From: Candidatus Bathyarchaeia archaeon
GTDB lineage: Archaea > Thermoproteota > Bathyarchaeia > Bathyarchaeales > Bathycorpusculaceae
DNA length: 45,991 bases
Assembly: GCA_038882655.1 (NCBI GenBank)
Contig: JAVZNT010000004.1
Span: forward strand, 1-45,991
Direction: 5' to 3'
Positions within the stretch are counted from its first letter, which is position 1; each line of letters opens with the position of its first letter. A model generated the notes under the pieces. That model saw only the letters and a program-made list of their open reading frames with translations, had not been told where the DNA came from and searched no databases. Shown here piece by piece: positions 28,375 through 37,458 of the stretch. A program made the translations under genes and the position numbers.

Positions 28375-29184
28375 ATGATTTTGATAGCCGCATCCACAAA
28401 AGACTTGGCAAGTGTAAACATTGCAAAACTGATTTTAGGCAGTTACCCATTCAAGCCGGTCAAAGAAAAAGTGTATGCTACTGAAGTTTCAGGTCGAAAA
28501 GTTGAACTTATAATGTTAGATGAAGAGCTGGTCTATACACAGAACATAACTGCGCGCTATCCCGCACTTGATCTTATCATTTTCATTTCAAGACACAGCA
28601 GCTTAAGCGGAACTCCAACGCTGTCAGTACATACTCCTGGAAACTTTGAAAAGGCGGATTTAGGCGGAATCCCGAGAAAAGTGTCCATTGCACCAGCAAA
28701 CGCCATGAAAACGGCACTTAGAACAATGGCGAAACTTGTTGAAGAAAAATATCTGAATTATAAGATCTCTTATGAGTGCACCCATCATGGCCCCTCACTA
28801 GATGCGCCAGCAATGTTCGCAGAATTAGGAAGCACCCCGAAAAATTGGGAGGATTTGGAGGCGGCGGAAGTTGTTGCCCACGCCGCAATGAAAGTTGTGG
28901 TAGATTTTGACAAGCAAACCAGCAAGGCTGCACTTGGCATTGGAGGACCTCACTATAACGAGAAATTCACTAGAATGGCTTTAGAGGACGGTATAGCCTT
29001 TGGTCACATTGTGCCAAAATACGCTGTCGCCAAAATTGATGAGGCCATTTTAAGGCAGTGTGTTGAAAAAACTTTGGAAAAAGTTGAGTTCGCAGTTTTA
29101 GATTGGAATGGAATAAAGGGTGAAGATAAACCAAACATTGTTCAGCTGCTTAATAGAATAGGGTTAGAATTCCAAAAAGTTTAA
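28375..29184 (+). CDS. dtdA: Archaeal D-aminoacyl-tRNA deacylase
   Basis: SRHSS, SVHTPGN, ECTHHGP, ELGS and GGPHY. Confidence 0.93.
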   Translation: MILIAASTKDLASVNIAKLILGSYPFKPVKEKVYATEVSGRKVELIMLDEELVYTQNITARYPALDLIIFISRHSSLSGTPTLSVHTPGNFEKADLGGIPRKVSIAPANAMKTALRTMAKLVEEKYLNYKISYECTHHGPSLDAPAMFAELGSTPKNWEDLEAAEVVAHAAMKVVVDFDKQTSKAALGIGGPHYNEKFTRMALEDGIAFGHIVPKYAVAKIDEAILRQCVEKTLEKVEFAVLDWNGIKGEDKPNIVQLLNRIGLEFQKV

Positions 29185-29276
29185 CAAATCGCTGCCTTTA
29201 CAATGGAGCCTTGAATAGAAAAGTTAATAGAAATGCTTGTTTATCTGTATCAAAGCGCAACTTGCTGGTTGGCAAA

Positions 29277-29444
29277 ATGGGTTTAAGGTCTTTCCTATCG
29301 CAATGCGCAAGAACATTAAAACTAGCAGTCAAGCCCGGAAGAAGCGAGCTATGGCTATCGATAAAAATATGCTTTTTAGGTATAGGTGTTATCGGGCTTA
29401 TAGGGTTTATAATAGCTATGTTGACAAGACTAATACCGTTTTAA
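29277..29444 (+). CDS. secE: Protein translocase SecE/Sec61-gamma
   Basis: RTLKLAVKP..EL plus TM segment GLIGFII; precedes spt5. Confidence 0.88.
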   Translation: MGLRSFLSQCARTLKLAVKPGRSELWLSIKICFLGIGVIGLIGFIIAMLTRLIPF

Positions 29445-29466
29445 ATTAGATGGAGCGAGGGAAAAT

Positions 29467-29940
29467 TTGGAAAAAATGTCCACGAAAATTTTCGCTGTAA
29501 GAACCACGACGGGCCAAGAGAGAAATGTGGCTAAGCTTGTCGCGGCAAGAATAGAGATGAACAAAATACCGGTGAAAGCAATCCTAGTCCCAGACACGTT
29601 AAGAGGTTATATTTTCATGGAGGCAGAAGGTCCCCACTTTGTTGAGCAAGCTATAGCTGGCATAAAACATGTCAGGTCAAGGGTTCCAGACTTCGTTAGC
29701 TTTTCTGAAATTGAAAAGTACGTTGTAAGAAAACCCGTTATAGAGGAGTTGCATGAAAACGACATAGTTGAAGTTACAGACGGCCCCTTCAAAGGAATGC
29801 GGGCCAAAATCACCCGCATCGATAGAGCAAAGGAGGAGGTAACACTGGAACTTCTTGAAGCTACTTTTACCCTTCCAATAACTGTTCATTCGGACTATGT
29901 TAAGCTTGTTGAAAGGGCAAAGACTGAAGGAGGCACGTAG
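29467..29940 (+). CDS. spt5: Transcription elongation factor Spt5/NusG
   Basis: [14 protein letters not shown] and KOW motif GPFKG. Confidence 0.96.
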   Translation: MEKMSTKIFAVRTTTGQERNVAKLVAARIEMNKIPVKAILVPDTLRGYIFMEAEGPHFVEQAIAGIKHVRSRVPDFVSFSEIEKYVVRKPVIEELHENDIVEVTDGPFKGMRAKITRIDRAKEEVTLELLEATFTLPITVHSDYVKLVERAKTEGGT

Positions 29941-29942
29941 CA

Positions 29943-30437
29943 ATGAGCGAGAAAAAAGTTGTGGAATTGCTCGTAAGCGGAGGACAAGCAACAGCTGGTC
30001 CACCATTGGGTCCGGCTCTTGGACCTCTTGGCGTTAACGTTATGGCCGTTGTGAACAAAATTAATGAACTTACGAAAGATTATGCCGGAATGAAGGTTCC
30101 AGTGAAAGTTACCGTTGACCCTGAAACAAAAACCTTTGAAGTTAATGTTGGAACACCAACAGCGTCAGCCCTCGTTGTTAGCGAACTTAAAATCGATAAG
30201 GGTTCCGGAAACCCAAAGGCGCAGAAAGTTGGAAACTTAACAATGGAACAGCTTATTCGCATAGCGAAGATAAAGCTTCCAGAACTGCTTTCAAAAACGT
30301 TGAGGTCTGCGGCTAAGGAAATCCTTGGAACATGTGTGAGTATGGGCGTAACTGTTGAGGGAAAAGACCCTAAAGAAGTTATGCGGGAAATCGACGAGGG
30401 GAAATATGATAAGATATTCGCTGAAAGCGAGACTTAA
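29943..30437 (+). CDS. rpl11: 50S ribosomal protein L11
   Basis: [12 protein letters not shown] and GTCVSMGV. Confidence 0.97.
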   Translation: MSEKKVVELLVSGGQATAGPPLGPALGPLGVNVMAVVNKINELTKDYAGMKVPVKVTVDPETKTFEVNVGTPTASALVVSELKIDKGSGNPKAQKVGNLTMEQLIRIAKIKLPELLSKTLRSAAKEILGTCVSMGVTVEGKDPKEVMREIDEGKYDKIFAESET

Positions 30438-30491
30438 GGGAACATTTTTATAATGGCTTTATAATCCATCAATGGCACGGAGCCAGCAAAA

Positions 30492-31145
30492 ATGCCAATA
30501 GAACAGAAAACGCTGCTTTCAGCCCTGAAAGAGGCAAAAGAGAAGGGCGGTAAAAGAAACTTCACTCAGTCAGTTGAGCTTATATTAAACTTACAAGACG
30601 TCGACATGAAATCTCCAGAGGGAAGACTTCAAGAAAACGTGGAACTGCCTTATCCGCCAGCGGAAAAGACAAACAAAGTTTGCGTGATCGCCACAGGTGA
30701 GCTTGCCCTTAAAGCGAAAAGGGCTAATGCAGACCTAGTGTTGGATAGGGCTGAACTTGAAGGGTTAGCTGGAAAGAAAAGGGACTTGCGGAAACTAGCC
30801 AACGAATACGACTTCTTCGTGGCTGAAGCGCCCTTAATGCCGTTGGTTGGGAAGGTTTTAGGTCCAGTTCTTGGACCGAGAGGGAAAATGCCCATACCGG
30901 TTCCGCCAACAGCAGATATCGAAAGCTTGCTAAACAAGTACCGCAGAACAGTCGTTGTTAGAATGCGCAGCCAGCCGGTAATCCAGTGCCGAATTGGAAC
31001 AGAAAACATGAAAGAGGAAGAATTAGCTGAAAATATACAAGCGGTTTTGAGGGTTGTTGAGGGAAAACTGAAAAGGGGAATGAAAAACATTAAATCAATC
31101 TGCATAAAAACAACCATGGGCGCTCCGGTAAAGATTAAGCTGTAA
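30492..31145 (+). CDS. rpl1: 50S ribosomal protein L1
   Basis: RNFTQSVE, LGPRGKMP and KTTMG. Confidence 0.97.
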   Translation: MPIEQKTLLSALKEAKEKGGKRNFTQSVELILNLQDVDMKSPEGRLQENVELPYPPAEKTNKVCVIATGELALKAKRANADLVLDRAELEGLAGKKRDLRKLANEYDFFVAEAPLMPLVGKVLGPVLGPRGKMPIPVPPTADIESLLNKYRRTVVVRMRSQPVIQCRIGTENMKEEELAENIQAVLRVVEGKLKRGMKNIKSICIKTTMGAPVKIKL

Positions 31146-31158
31146 AGAGGGGAAGTGT

Positions 31159-32034
31159 CTGCCGTCCCAACAAGTTTTGAAAGAAAAGATCGACGAGGTC
31201 GAGGAAATAACAAAAATTCTTAAGCAATATAGAGTGGTGGGTATCGCAAGCCTCCAAAAGGTTAGGGCTTCCCAGCTTCAAGAGTTTAAGAAAAAGCTGG
31301 CGGCAGACGTTTACATGCGTGTCGTAAAAAACAAGTTGATGAAGAGGGCTTTTGAGAACTGCAAAGAAAAACAGGGAATGGAAAAGCTAGAGAAATATCT
31401 AACAGGATCAAACGTCTTCCTCTTCACAAACCTTAACCCATTCAAATTGGCACTGCTCCTTGAAAAGGGAAAAGTCCGCCTAACAGCAAAGGCTGGTGAC
31501 ATAGCATCCTTCGACGTTATAGTCCCCGCAGGAAACACTGGACAACCACCAGGACCAATAATAAGCCAGTTGAACGCTGTGGGTTTGCCGACGAGAATTG
31601 AGGCTGGAAGCGTGTGGATAACAAAGGACACTTTGGTGGCGCGCAGAGGCGACGTAATTTCCGACAGACTTGCAAGTGTTTTGTCGAAGCTTGGGATAAA
31701 GCCTGTTGAAGCAGGACTCATAATGAAAGTGGTATATGACGAAGGCTTAATTATAGAGGGCGAACAACTCAAAATAGATTTAGAGGAAAACAGGAAACGG
31801 TTTGAAACCGCCCATGCCGAAGCCTTTAAGCTGTCAATAGGCTTGGCTTACCCGGCAAAAGAAAACATACAAGTCTTAATTCAAATCGTCCGTCAAGAGG
31901 CGTATGCTCTCTCATTAGGTGTAGCCATACCAACAAAGGAAACAATAAAAGACCTTATTCGAAAGGCTCATGCGGAAATGTTAAGCTTAAGTATGAGAAT
32001 CCCCAATTTGGAAGAGGAAACCAAGCAAAGTTAA
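31159..32034 (+). CDS. rpl10: 50S ribosomal protein L10 (P0); start CTG 31159 or TTG 31177
   Basis: VVKN.L, NPFKL, GNTGQPPGP and KLGIKP. Confidence 0.95.
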   Translation: MPSQQVLKEKIDEVEEITKILKQYRVVGIASLQKVRASQLQEFKKKLAADVYMRVVKNKLMKRAFENCKEKQGMEKLEKYLTGSNVFLFTNLNPFKLALLLEKGKVRLTAKAGDIASFDVIVPAGNTGQPPGPIISQLNAVGLPTRIEAGSVWITKDTLVARRGDVISDRLASVLSKLGIKPVEAGLIMKVVYDEGLIIEGEQLKIDLEENRKRFETAHAEAFKLSIGLAYPAKENIQVLIQIVRQEAYALSLGVAIPTKETIKDLIRKAHAEMLSLSMRIPNLEEETKQS

Positions 32035-32061
32035 AATAGTTTGAGTAGAGGTGAAAAAAGT

Positions 32062-32385
32062 ATGGAATACATTTACGCTGCGATGCTCCTCCACAAAGCT
32101 GGAAAACAAATAAACGAAGAAAACCTAACACAAGTTTTAACAGCTGCTGGAATAAATGTTGATGCTGTCAGAGTTAAAGCCCTAGTTGCTTCACTAGCAG
32201 AAGTCAACATAGACGAAGTTATAAAGTCGGTACCAACAATGATGGCGGCACCAGTTGCTGCATCCACAGCCGCAGCACCAGCAGCAGAAGCTAAGCCAAA
32301 AGAGGAAGAGAAGAAAAAAAAGGAAGAAGAGGAAAAAGCCAAAGAAGAAGCAGCGCTTGAGGGGCTTGGAGCACTTTTCGGCTAA
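32062..32385 (+). CDS. rpl12: 50S ribosomal protein P1/L12
   Basis: [11 protein letters not shown], Ala-rich hinge, C-terminal GLGALFG. Confidence 0.97.
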   Translation: MEYIYAAMLLHKAGKQINEENLTQVLTAAGINVDAVRVKALVASLAEVNIDEVIKSVPTMMAAPVAASTAAAPAAEAKPKEEEKKKKEEEEKAKEEAALEGLGALFG

Positions 32386-32478
32386 AAATATCTTCTCTTA
32401 TTTTGTAGGCTATCAAAAATCTTCATATTAAAAGAAGCTAGCAATGAATATAAACCAAATTCTAAATTATCACCTATC

Positions 32479-32892
32479 ATGAAGCTCTGCAGCGCCTGCT
32501 TGTTAGGAGTAAAATGTAGATATGATGGAAGAGACGCCCTTGACAAAAAAGTTATCACGCTGCTGAAAACGGAAACCCTCATACCGGTATGTCCAGAACA
32601 GCTTGGCGGCCTGCCAACACCAAGGGAACCGGCAGAAATCAAGGAAGGAAGAGTAATCACAAGGTTAGGAAAAGACGTAACAAAGAACTTCAAGCGTGGA
32701 GCCGAAGAAGTTTTGAAAATCGCAAAATTGTTAGGCGTAAAAGAGGCGGTGTTAAAGCAGGGAAGCCTTTCATGTGGCTGTGGGCGCATTTATGATGGAA
32801 CATTTTCTGGCAAAATTATAAAAGGCGATGGAATCACCACAGCCTTGCTTAAAAAGCATGGAATTATGGTGATAACAGAAGAAGACCTATAG
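32479..32892 (+). CDS. DUF523 / 2-thiouracil desulfurase (TudS)-like Fe-S protein
   Basis: SACLLG..CRYDG, CPEQLGGLPTPR and SCG. Confidence 0.88.
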   Translation: MKLCSACLLGVKCRYDGRDALDKKVITLLKTETLIPVCPEQLGGLPTPREPAEIKEGRVITRLGKDVTKNFKRGAEEVLKIAKLLGVKEAVLKQGSLSCGCGRIYDGTFSGKIIKGDGITTALLKKHGIMVITEEDL

Positions 32893-32900
32893 ATTTTGAT

Positions 32901-33911
32901 TCACGTTGCATACTTTGTTTCTTTTGAGACTTTCAGTAATAGCAAAGGCAGCCACCCACAAATAATCATTAGGGTTCCGGGAAAAGCCCCCAGCCTGAAG
33001 CTCAGTATCAACGCCTCAAAAATAAAGAAGGAGATTGCCATTGCAGCGGCAGACAGAACTGCAAAGTTTTTCCCATACTTTTTGTAGGTTTGCACAGCTA
33101 TAAGACCTGCAAAGAAGAAGTCTCCTAAACCAAGCGACATGTAAAGTGTTCCAAAACTTGTTGTTATTGCCGGAACTGTAGGTAGGGTAACAAGTACAGG
33201 CAGCCCTAGGGCGAAAACATGTGTTGCTGCCGAAACCATTGTCCGAGTTACAAGGACAAGAATTATATCTGCAACCGTCAAAAGTCCGGCAAAAATTAGG
33301 GTAGTTTTCCATGTGAAAAGTGCCCCCAGATAAAGGATTACCAAAACAGCGAAAATTATGCCATACATGTTAAGCAAATATGGAAACCATATTGGACTTC
33401 TACTGTAAAAAGCATAGAGGACCATAAATAAGGCGGATGGCAGAAAAGCCAAATACCATCGCCGCCCAGCCCTTGTTCTTGTTTGCTCATAGGTTAGGGC
33501 TATGAAAGAAAAGCCGCATAAGCTGTAAAATGCTGCAGCTCCATATGCAGATAGCCCCCCCAATACGTCCATGCTGAAGAGGCTGACAGTTGCCGCTAAA
33601 AAGCTGGCTGCGATAAATGCTGCGCAGAAAAATTGGGCTTTGGTTTTTCCAAAATCTGAAAAGAGGTAAGTGAAAATGAAGAGGAGAGCTGCGTAAGCGA
33701 ATACGAATATTGCTATGACAGCTAATTGTGGGGCAAAAACCATAAGCGACACGGCTACACTTATTGCTGTCACAAGCATGACAGCGTCTTTAACGCCGAA
33801 TTCTCTTTCCTCAAAAGTCTTCTTCAATTTTCTCTCAACCTTACCATTCAGAAAAGTGGCTACCATGGTAACAGCAAAAAGGGCTACTGGCATGGCAATG
33901 TCGAAATACAT
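32901..33911 (-). CDS. Presenilin/SPP-like GxGD intramembrane aspartyl protease
   Basis: Multi-TM; TVADIILV and LGLGDFF catalytic Asp motifs; FPGTL at the PAL position. Confidence 0.75.
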   Translation of the reverse strand: MYFDIAMPVALFAVTMVATFLNGKVERKLKKTFEEREFGVKDAVMLVTAISVAVSLMVFAPQLAVIAIFVFAYAALLFIFTYLFSDFGKTKAQFFCAAFIAASFLAATVSLFSMDVLGGLSAYGAAAFYSLCGFSFIALTYEQTRTRAGRRWYLAFLPSALFMVLYAFYSRSPIWFPYLLNMYGIIFAVLVILYLGALFTWKTTLIFAGLLTVADIILVLVTRTMVSAATHVFALGLPVLVTLPTVPAITTSFGTLYMSLGLGDFFFAGLIAVQTYKKYGKNFAVLSAAAMAISFFIFEALILSFRLGAFPGTLMIICGWLPLLLLKVSKETKYAT

Positions 33912-33943
33912 AAGCGCACATAGGCTAAACAGACATTTAAACC

Positions 33944-34798
33944 TTAAACCTCGAAAGTGCAATTAAAAACTGCCAAAGAAGCAATTAGCGCCTCTTCAGT
34001 TCGCACAGTTTCTGTCCACTGCCTCGGAATTGTGTTGACGACAAAATCCACGATTTGGTCTAGGTTTAACTTTTCTTGCATGGTTATTTCGTACAGCCCT
34101 CTTGTTGGCGCCCCAAAAGCTATCAGTATTTTTTCCGCCTTTTCCCATCTCTCAGCAATTCTCCCTTTAACATCTGTGAAGAGGGCGCCGTATTTTGATG
34201 TGGCTATTTTGAGGTCAAATTGCCTATTCATTACTAGTTTTCCGAATGGGTAGTTCCAAATGGTTACTGTATACCCCCAGTATGTGGGGATTTCACTACG
34301 ACTCGCAAGGTTTACTACAACATGCCTATTTACACTGTTTATTTTCACTGTTACTCGTTTTCCAAGAGGCAAACGCGTATCTGGAATTAGTGCAGGCTTG
34401 TCCACTCCTACATCTACAATAATGCCATTATCCGCCTTCGCCACTGTAACGCCTTCTCTGTATTCGCCAACTTTTAGGTCTGCTGCCTTTTTGCCCAAAG
34501 GATGGTGTGGTGTTCTTAAAGGCGGAAGAATGCCAGCGTAACGCAGTTTAGGCTCTAACTTGAACAATTTCTTGCGCAGATACTGCGGAGTTTCCATGTA
34601 ACTTAGTAGCGTGGCGATTAAATCTATGTCTTCTTTTTGGTTCAGCCTTAACTCGTCCTTGTAAATTATTATTTCTTCAACCCCAAAAATGGCGGCTGCT
34701 CTCCCAATCAAGCCTATTTTTGAAGTTTTTTCTCGAAGATGCGGGATGTCGGAAACAACTGATGCGGGAATAGCTATTGCGATGCTCTTTCTCTGCAA
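33944..34798 (-). CDS. SPOUT RNA methyltransferase (DUF171/COG2106)
   Basis: RAAAIF, ETPQYLRK, PPLRTPHH, YWGY and TVRTEEA. Confidence 0.9.
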   Translation of the reverse strand: MQRKSIAIAIPASVVSDIPHLREKTSKIGLIGRAAAIFGVEEIIIYKDELRLNQKEDIDLIATLLSYMETPQYLRKKLFKLEPKLRYAGILPPLRTPHHPLGKKAADLKVGEYREGVTVAKADNGIIVDVGVDKPALIPDTRLPLGKRVTVKINSVNRHVVVNLASRSEIPTYWGYTVTIWNYPFGKLVMNRQFDLKIATSKYGALFTDVKGRIAERWEKAEKILIAFGAPTRGLYEITMQEKLNLDQIVDFVVNTIPRQWTETVRTEEALIASLAVFNCTFEV

Positions 34799-34887
34799 AT
34801 CCCTTACACCATTTTACATTATTGTTGTACTATTAGTAATGGTCTTTGCTTAAAAGCTAAAAGCAGACAGCCACTAACTGCATAGCG

Positions 34888-36024
34888 ATGAAAATGCGAA
34901 GGACAGTGGTTCTAGATGAGCCAAAAGAGATTAAGAGAATAGATAAAAGCGGCATGCTCTCCTTCTGTGTCAACGCTGCAAAACATTATGAAAATGCTGT
35001 TCAAATAGCCCAAAAAGTTGCAGTTGATTATCCAAAACCCAGGTCGATAATCGTGGCTGGCATGGGCGGCTCAGCAATAGGCGGAGAGCTCCTAAAAGAC
35101 TGGGCAAACGATACGCTGGCAATTCCTGTGGAAGTTTGCAGAGAGTATGCACTGCCAGCTCACGCCGACAAGAACACATTAACATTTATCGTAAGTTACT
35201 CCGGAGAAACCGAGGAAACCTTAAGCGCTTTTCTAGACGCAGTGAAACGGAATTGCATGATAATCTGCATAAGCTCAGGAGGCACCCTCCTAGATTTTGC
35301 AGAAAAATTGAAAATTCCAAGCGTTCGTGTTCCAGAGAGAATTCCGCCGAGGGCAGCCCTCCCATACCTTTTCACTCCTAAGCTGATAATTCTGGAAAAA
35401 CTTGGCTTGTTGACAAAAGTTGGAGCTGAAATCTCTGAAGCTATTGCAATGTTGGGACAGGTTTGTAGTGAAAATGCGCCGGAAAAACCTTCGAAGGAAA
35501 ACTTTTCCAAAAAACTCGCATCCGACATTTGGGGAACAGTCCCGTTTGTCTACGGCTTTGGACTTTACCGTTCAGTGGCACAGCGCTTCAAACAACAATT
35601 TAATGAGAACAGCAAGGTTCCGTCAAAATGGGAAGTTTTTCCAGAGCTAAACCATAATGAGATTGTCGGTTGGGAGAAAGCTGAAAAACTAGCAGACTGT
35701 TTTTCAGCGGTAATTATACGAGATAAGGATGAGCCAGAGCAGATTAGATGTAGAATAGAAGCAACTAAAGAATTGTTAAGCGGTAAAGTGAAGAGAATTT
35801 ACGAGGCATGGAGCCATGGTGAAGGAAGGTTGGCTAGAATGTTGTCTGCAACCATTATTGGGGACTTCACAAGTGTTTATCTTGCAATCCTGCGAGGTGT
35901 TGACCCGACGCCGGTAAAGACAATCTCCATGCTAAAGGATAAAATCGCTAAAACCGGGCTAAAAGGGAACATAGTTAACGAATTGCAACGCCTTGCTAAG
36001 AGTCCTAAAGCCTTTGGGCGATGA
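34888..36024 (+). CDS. Bifunctional phosphoglucose/phosphomannose isomerase
   Basis: GMGGSAIGG, SYSGETEET, SSGG, NENSK and PELNHNE. Confidence 0.93.
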   Translation: MKMRRTVVLDEPKEIKRIDKSGMLSFCVNAAKHYENAVQIAQKVAVDYPKPRSIIVAGMGGSAIGGELLKDWANDTLAIPVEVCREYALPAHADKNTLTFIVSYSGETEETLSAFLDAVKRNCMIICISSGGTLLDFAEKLKIPSVRVPERIPPRAALPYLFTPKLIILEKLGLLTKVGAEISEAIAMLGQVCSENAPEKPSKENFSKKLASDIWGTVPFVYGFGLYRSVAQRFKQQFNENSKVPSKWEVFPELNHNEIVGWEKAEKLADCFSAVIIRDKDEPEQIRCRIEATKELLSGKVKRIYEAWSHGEGRLARMLSATIIGDFTSVYLAILRGVDPTPVKTISMLKDKIAKTGLKGNIVNELQRLAKSPKAFGR

Positions 36025-37066
36025 ACTCTTCAAACATTCTCTCAGCAATTTCCAAAGAAAGTAATTGTGGCGGGTGTTTAAAGGCGTACGCGCATACGGG
36101 AAGAACAGCCCCCTTTAATTTTCGGTTTAATGCTATCTTAACAGCTCTTATAACATTAAAAAGCACCGAACCAGCATTTGGCGCGTCCACTGTTGAAAGG
36201 CGCATGTCTATTTGCATGGGTATTCCGCAAAAGTATAGCCCTCTAATCCAGAAGTAGCTGTCACGTCTGTTTTGTAAGAAATCAACATAGTCTGTTGAGC
36301 CCGCAACCACCTCCGCCTCATATGGCAACGTAGCCTTAACAGTTTCAGTCTTAACAGTCCTTTTCAGTTCGCGTGTCCTGTCCAGCGTGTCAAGCGATTC
36401 GGTTCCCCCGCCAACATCAAGCTGATAAGTATCAGTTATGCGCACACCATGCCTAGAAAGAAGCCGCAGGAGTGTTTTATGTAGTGTTGTGGCGCCTATT
36501 TGGTCTATGAGGTCGTCGCCGACGAGGGGCAGTCCGGCTTCTTCAAAACGCCTAGCCCAAGATGAATCGCTTGCTATAAAAGCGGGCGTGGCGTTCACGA
36601 AGGCGCATCCAGCCTCCAAGGACTGGGTTGCATACCATTCAGAAGCTTTCACGGCACCGCTTGGAAGCAAGTTAAGAACGATTTCCGCCTCACTTTCTTT
36701 CAGCACATCCACAACACTGGCTTCTTTCGAGTCGCTTATTTGGATTACTTCTTTTGTGTATTCGCCTACGCCGTCTAGCACTGGTCCCCTCTGGACTATT
36801 ATGCCGGAAGGCGGCACATCCACAATTTTGGGGGCACTATTTGGCGGGGCAAAGATAGCTTCTGAAAGATCTCGTCCAACCTTTCTTTTGTCAATGTCGA
36901 AAGCTGCAACTATTTGAATATCTTTTGGGTGAAAGCCTCCCAAGAAAAGGTTACGTAAACCTACACATTCATCATCGCTATCGAAGTTCTTGTAGTAGCG
37001 CAAGCCCTGCACCAGGGCAGATGCGCAGTTTCCAACGCCAACAACCGCTACTTTTATTTCGGGCAA
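36005..37066 (-). CDS. ino1: myo-Inositol-1-phosphate synthase
   Basis: GVGNCASALVQG, FVNATP, GDD..QIGAT and DAPNAG. TTG start after GGTGG. Confidence 0.9.
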   Translation of the reverse strand: MPEIKVAVVGVGNCASALVQGLRYYKNFDSDDECVGLRNLFLGGFHPKDIQIVAAFDIDKRKVGRDLSEAIFAPPNSAPKIVDVPPSGIIVQRGPVLDGVGEYTKEVIQISDSKEASVVDVLKESEAEIVLNLLPSGAVKASEWYATQSLEAGCAFVNATPAFIASDSSWARRFEEAGLPLVGDDLIDQIGATTLHKTLLRLLSRHGVRITDTYQLDVGGGTESLDTLDRTRELKRTVKTETVKATLPYEAEVVAGSTDYVDFLQNRRDSYFWIRGLYFCGIPMQIDMRLSTVDAPNAGSVLFNVIRAVKIALNRKLKGAVLPVCAYAFKHPPQLLSLEIAERMFEEFIAQRL

Positions 37067-37152
37067 CCCTAACCCACCATTTTGTTCCTTCAATATTGCA
37101 TACGGATTTATAAAGCTCTATGCCAATCCATTAGCGGTTAAGCGTGATAAAA

Positions 37153-37392
37153 ATGAAGACTTGGTTAGACGTTTCGGTTCTACGCTGCCCAAACTGCAGA
37201 CGCCACTATGTTGAAGCCTCATGGTATGTTGTTGAAATGGAGGCCGACATTGAATGCGGAGAATGCGGAAGAGAATTCAACAGCAAAAAGAACGCGCTAG
37301 ACAGAGTCCTCCTAGGATTCGAAATAGATGAAAGCGGAAAACTCCAAAAAGTGGAGGTTGCCAAACACCTAAAAATAGAGAAAACAGAATAA
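37153..37392 (+). CDS. Small Zn-ribbon protein
   Basis: CPNC..CGEC pair; occupies its own intergenic slot. Confidence 0.7.
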   Translation: MKTWLDVSVLRCPNCRRHYVEASWYVVEMEADIECGECGREFNSKKNALDRVLLGFEIDESGKLQKVEVAKHLKIEKTE

Positions 37393-37458
37393 ACTAGCCG
37401 TTGTCACTTAAGCACCGTCACTAGGAAGCCTTAAACATTTCAAAGCTCAACATAAAAG

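Noticed and set aside
22862-32385. Ribosomal gene clusters as a novel system
   Set aside because: The gene order matches standard conserved archaeal operons.
36005-36024. Convergent 3' overlaps (pgi-pmi/ino1 20 bp; 14611-14614; 17692-17695)
   Set aside because: Common in compact archaeal genomes.
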